DNA of 64,000 nt from Auanema rhodensis (Eukaryota; Animalia; Nematoda). The stretch is from the NCBI GenBank assembly GCA_964057225.1, contig OZ059899.1:10602001-10666000 (forward strand), written 5' to 3'. Below are positions 63,101 to 64,000 of the stretch, piece by piece; within the stretch, counting starts at the first letter, position 1, and the number at the start of each line of letters is the position of its first letter. Below the pieces are notes generated by a model that saw nothing but the letters and a program-made list of their open reading frames with translations, was not told where the DNA came from and made no database searches. A program made the translations under genes and the position numbers.

Positions 63101-64000
63101 AAAACTCTACAACTATCACACCTCACGCTACTCTCAACCACATTCCCCATCGCATTACAATTATAGGTGTGGCATTTTTTACATTTGGCTTTACATCTAA
63201 GCAACACTGTATTGTAAGATAACTTACAGTGTTGACATATAATACCGTCAAAAATTTTCGAACGACTACCAGCTGTAATACAATCATAGTGATTATTTCG
63301 GTAACCTAGTGTTACCAATTTGCTAGCCGCTTCATTAAATATTTTCTGGATAGTGTACATACGCTGTCCAGGCGGTCTAGCATATACTACAAACTTATAG
63401 TTTGTATTACAGCTGGCAATAATGTTTAAATGAATTAAATTATAATTTGGTAAATCTACAGAAATACCACACCTATTTAATAAATTGATATGGTGTGGCT
63501 GATTTGGCAATAAGATGTAATTGCGACGAAGGTTTTGCAGCCTTCGCTTCTCATCGCCATCTTCAGTGGCCAGCTCGTCAGCTTTCCACATTCCCACAAC
63601 TGCTGATCTAGCCAGACAATGTGAGTCAGTGTTGGCAATGGTTCCAGGTATTTTGAGTTCGGGGTCAAAATAAAACCCGACTCTACCTTCACCAGGCATC
63701 AGGCTTGGCTGCGCTGGCCTTTCATCAAACACATACATCTCAATATTCATTGCCTGGCTGATTACAGCCTCTCGTTTTGATTGCTGCACCTTGCTGATGG
63801 CATTCATAATGGCTACGCCATCCAGATGCTCCCTTCTACGAAAGTCCATAAATATGGAGCCCTTTTCAAAGGAAGGGTGCTCAATTGATAAACAAAATAA
63901 GGCTTTTTGCTTATCAGGCACACCGCTTTCAGCAAGACAACGATCAAGGAATTCGTTGAATAACCGCGGCATGATAACATGCATTGGTTCATCAACATTT
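63101..64000 (-). pseudogene. polB: Inverted near-identical copy of polB exon 5 (matches 54361-55260); continues off the right window edge
   Basis: The translation is identical to ORF 54326-55381 except RRKEH/RRREH; homology stops at …gtagagtttt (55260/63101). Confidence 0.95.

Noticed and set aside
38684-63998. Numerous antisense or alternate-frame ORFs over gag, env, pol, polB and capsid genes (for example 38684-39223, 45428-45739, 61581-62063)
   Set aside because: They are shadows of real coding regions with no independent motifs.
50404-64000. Maverick integrase, fusogen or toxin cargo gene
   Set aside because: None is recognisable in the window; the only integrase seen belongs to the gypsy Pol.

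Overview
AT-rich eukaryotic, very probably nematode, repeat-rich DNA. This rests on a nematode-type tRNA-Arg sequence and 43-50 nt GT-AG introns with T-rich acceptors such as TTTCAG. Three blocks are present. (1) 1-37810 is a tandem array of about 85 units: about 70 are ~412-bp satellite monomers and 15 are ~607-bp units carrying a tRNA-Arg(ACG) gene. The short monomer is the tRNA unit with a 199-bp deletion that leaves only the first 5 nt of the tRNA, so this looks like a tRNA gene array turning into satellite DNA, with several higher-order periodicities. (2) 37811-49311 (minus strand) holds two decayed tandem copies of a Ty3/gypsy LTR retroelement sharing one 340-bp LTR and using a tRNA-Gln primer-binding site. 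Combining the copies gives an unusual single reading frame Gag - internal signal peptide - herpesvirus-gB-like (class III) envelope - TM - PR - RT - (RNase H deleted) - IN, plus a downstream accessory ORF. (3) 49349-64000 holds an interrupted spliced gene fragment, then a degenerate Maverick/Polinton. The Maverick has a putative left end, palindromic repeats, a mariner fragment, an intron-rich protein-primed PolB, and intronless major capsid, core, adenain, zinc-finger, minor capsid and ATPase genes. It is cut at ~63100 by an inverted near-identical copy of its own polB. All protein family assignments are from motif recognition by eye, not database searches.
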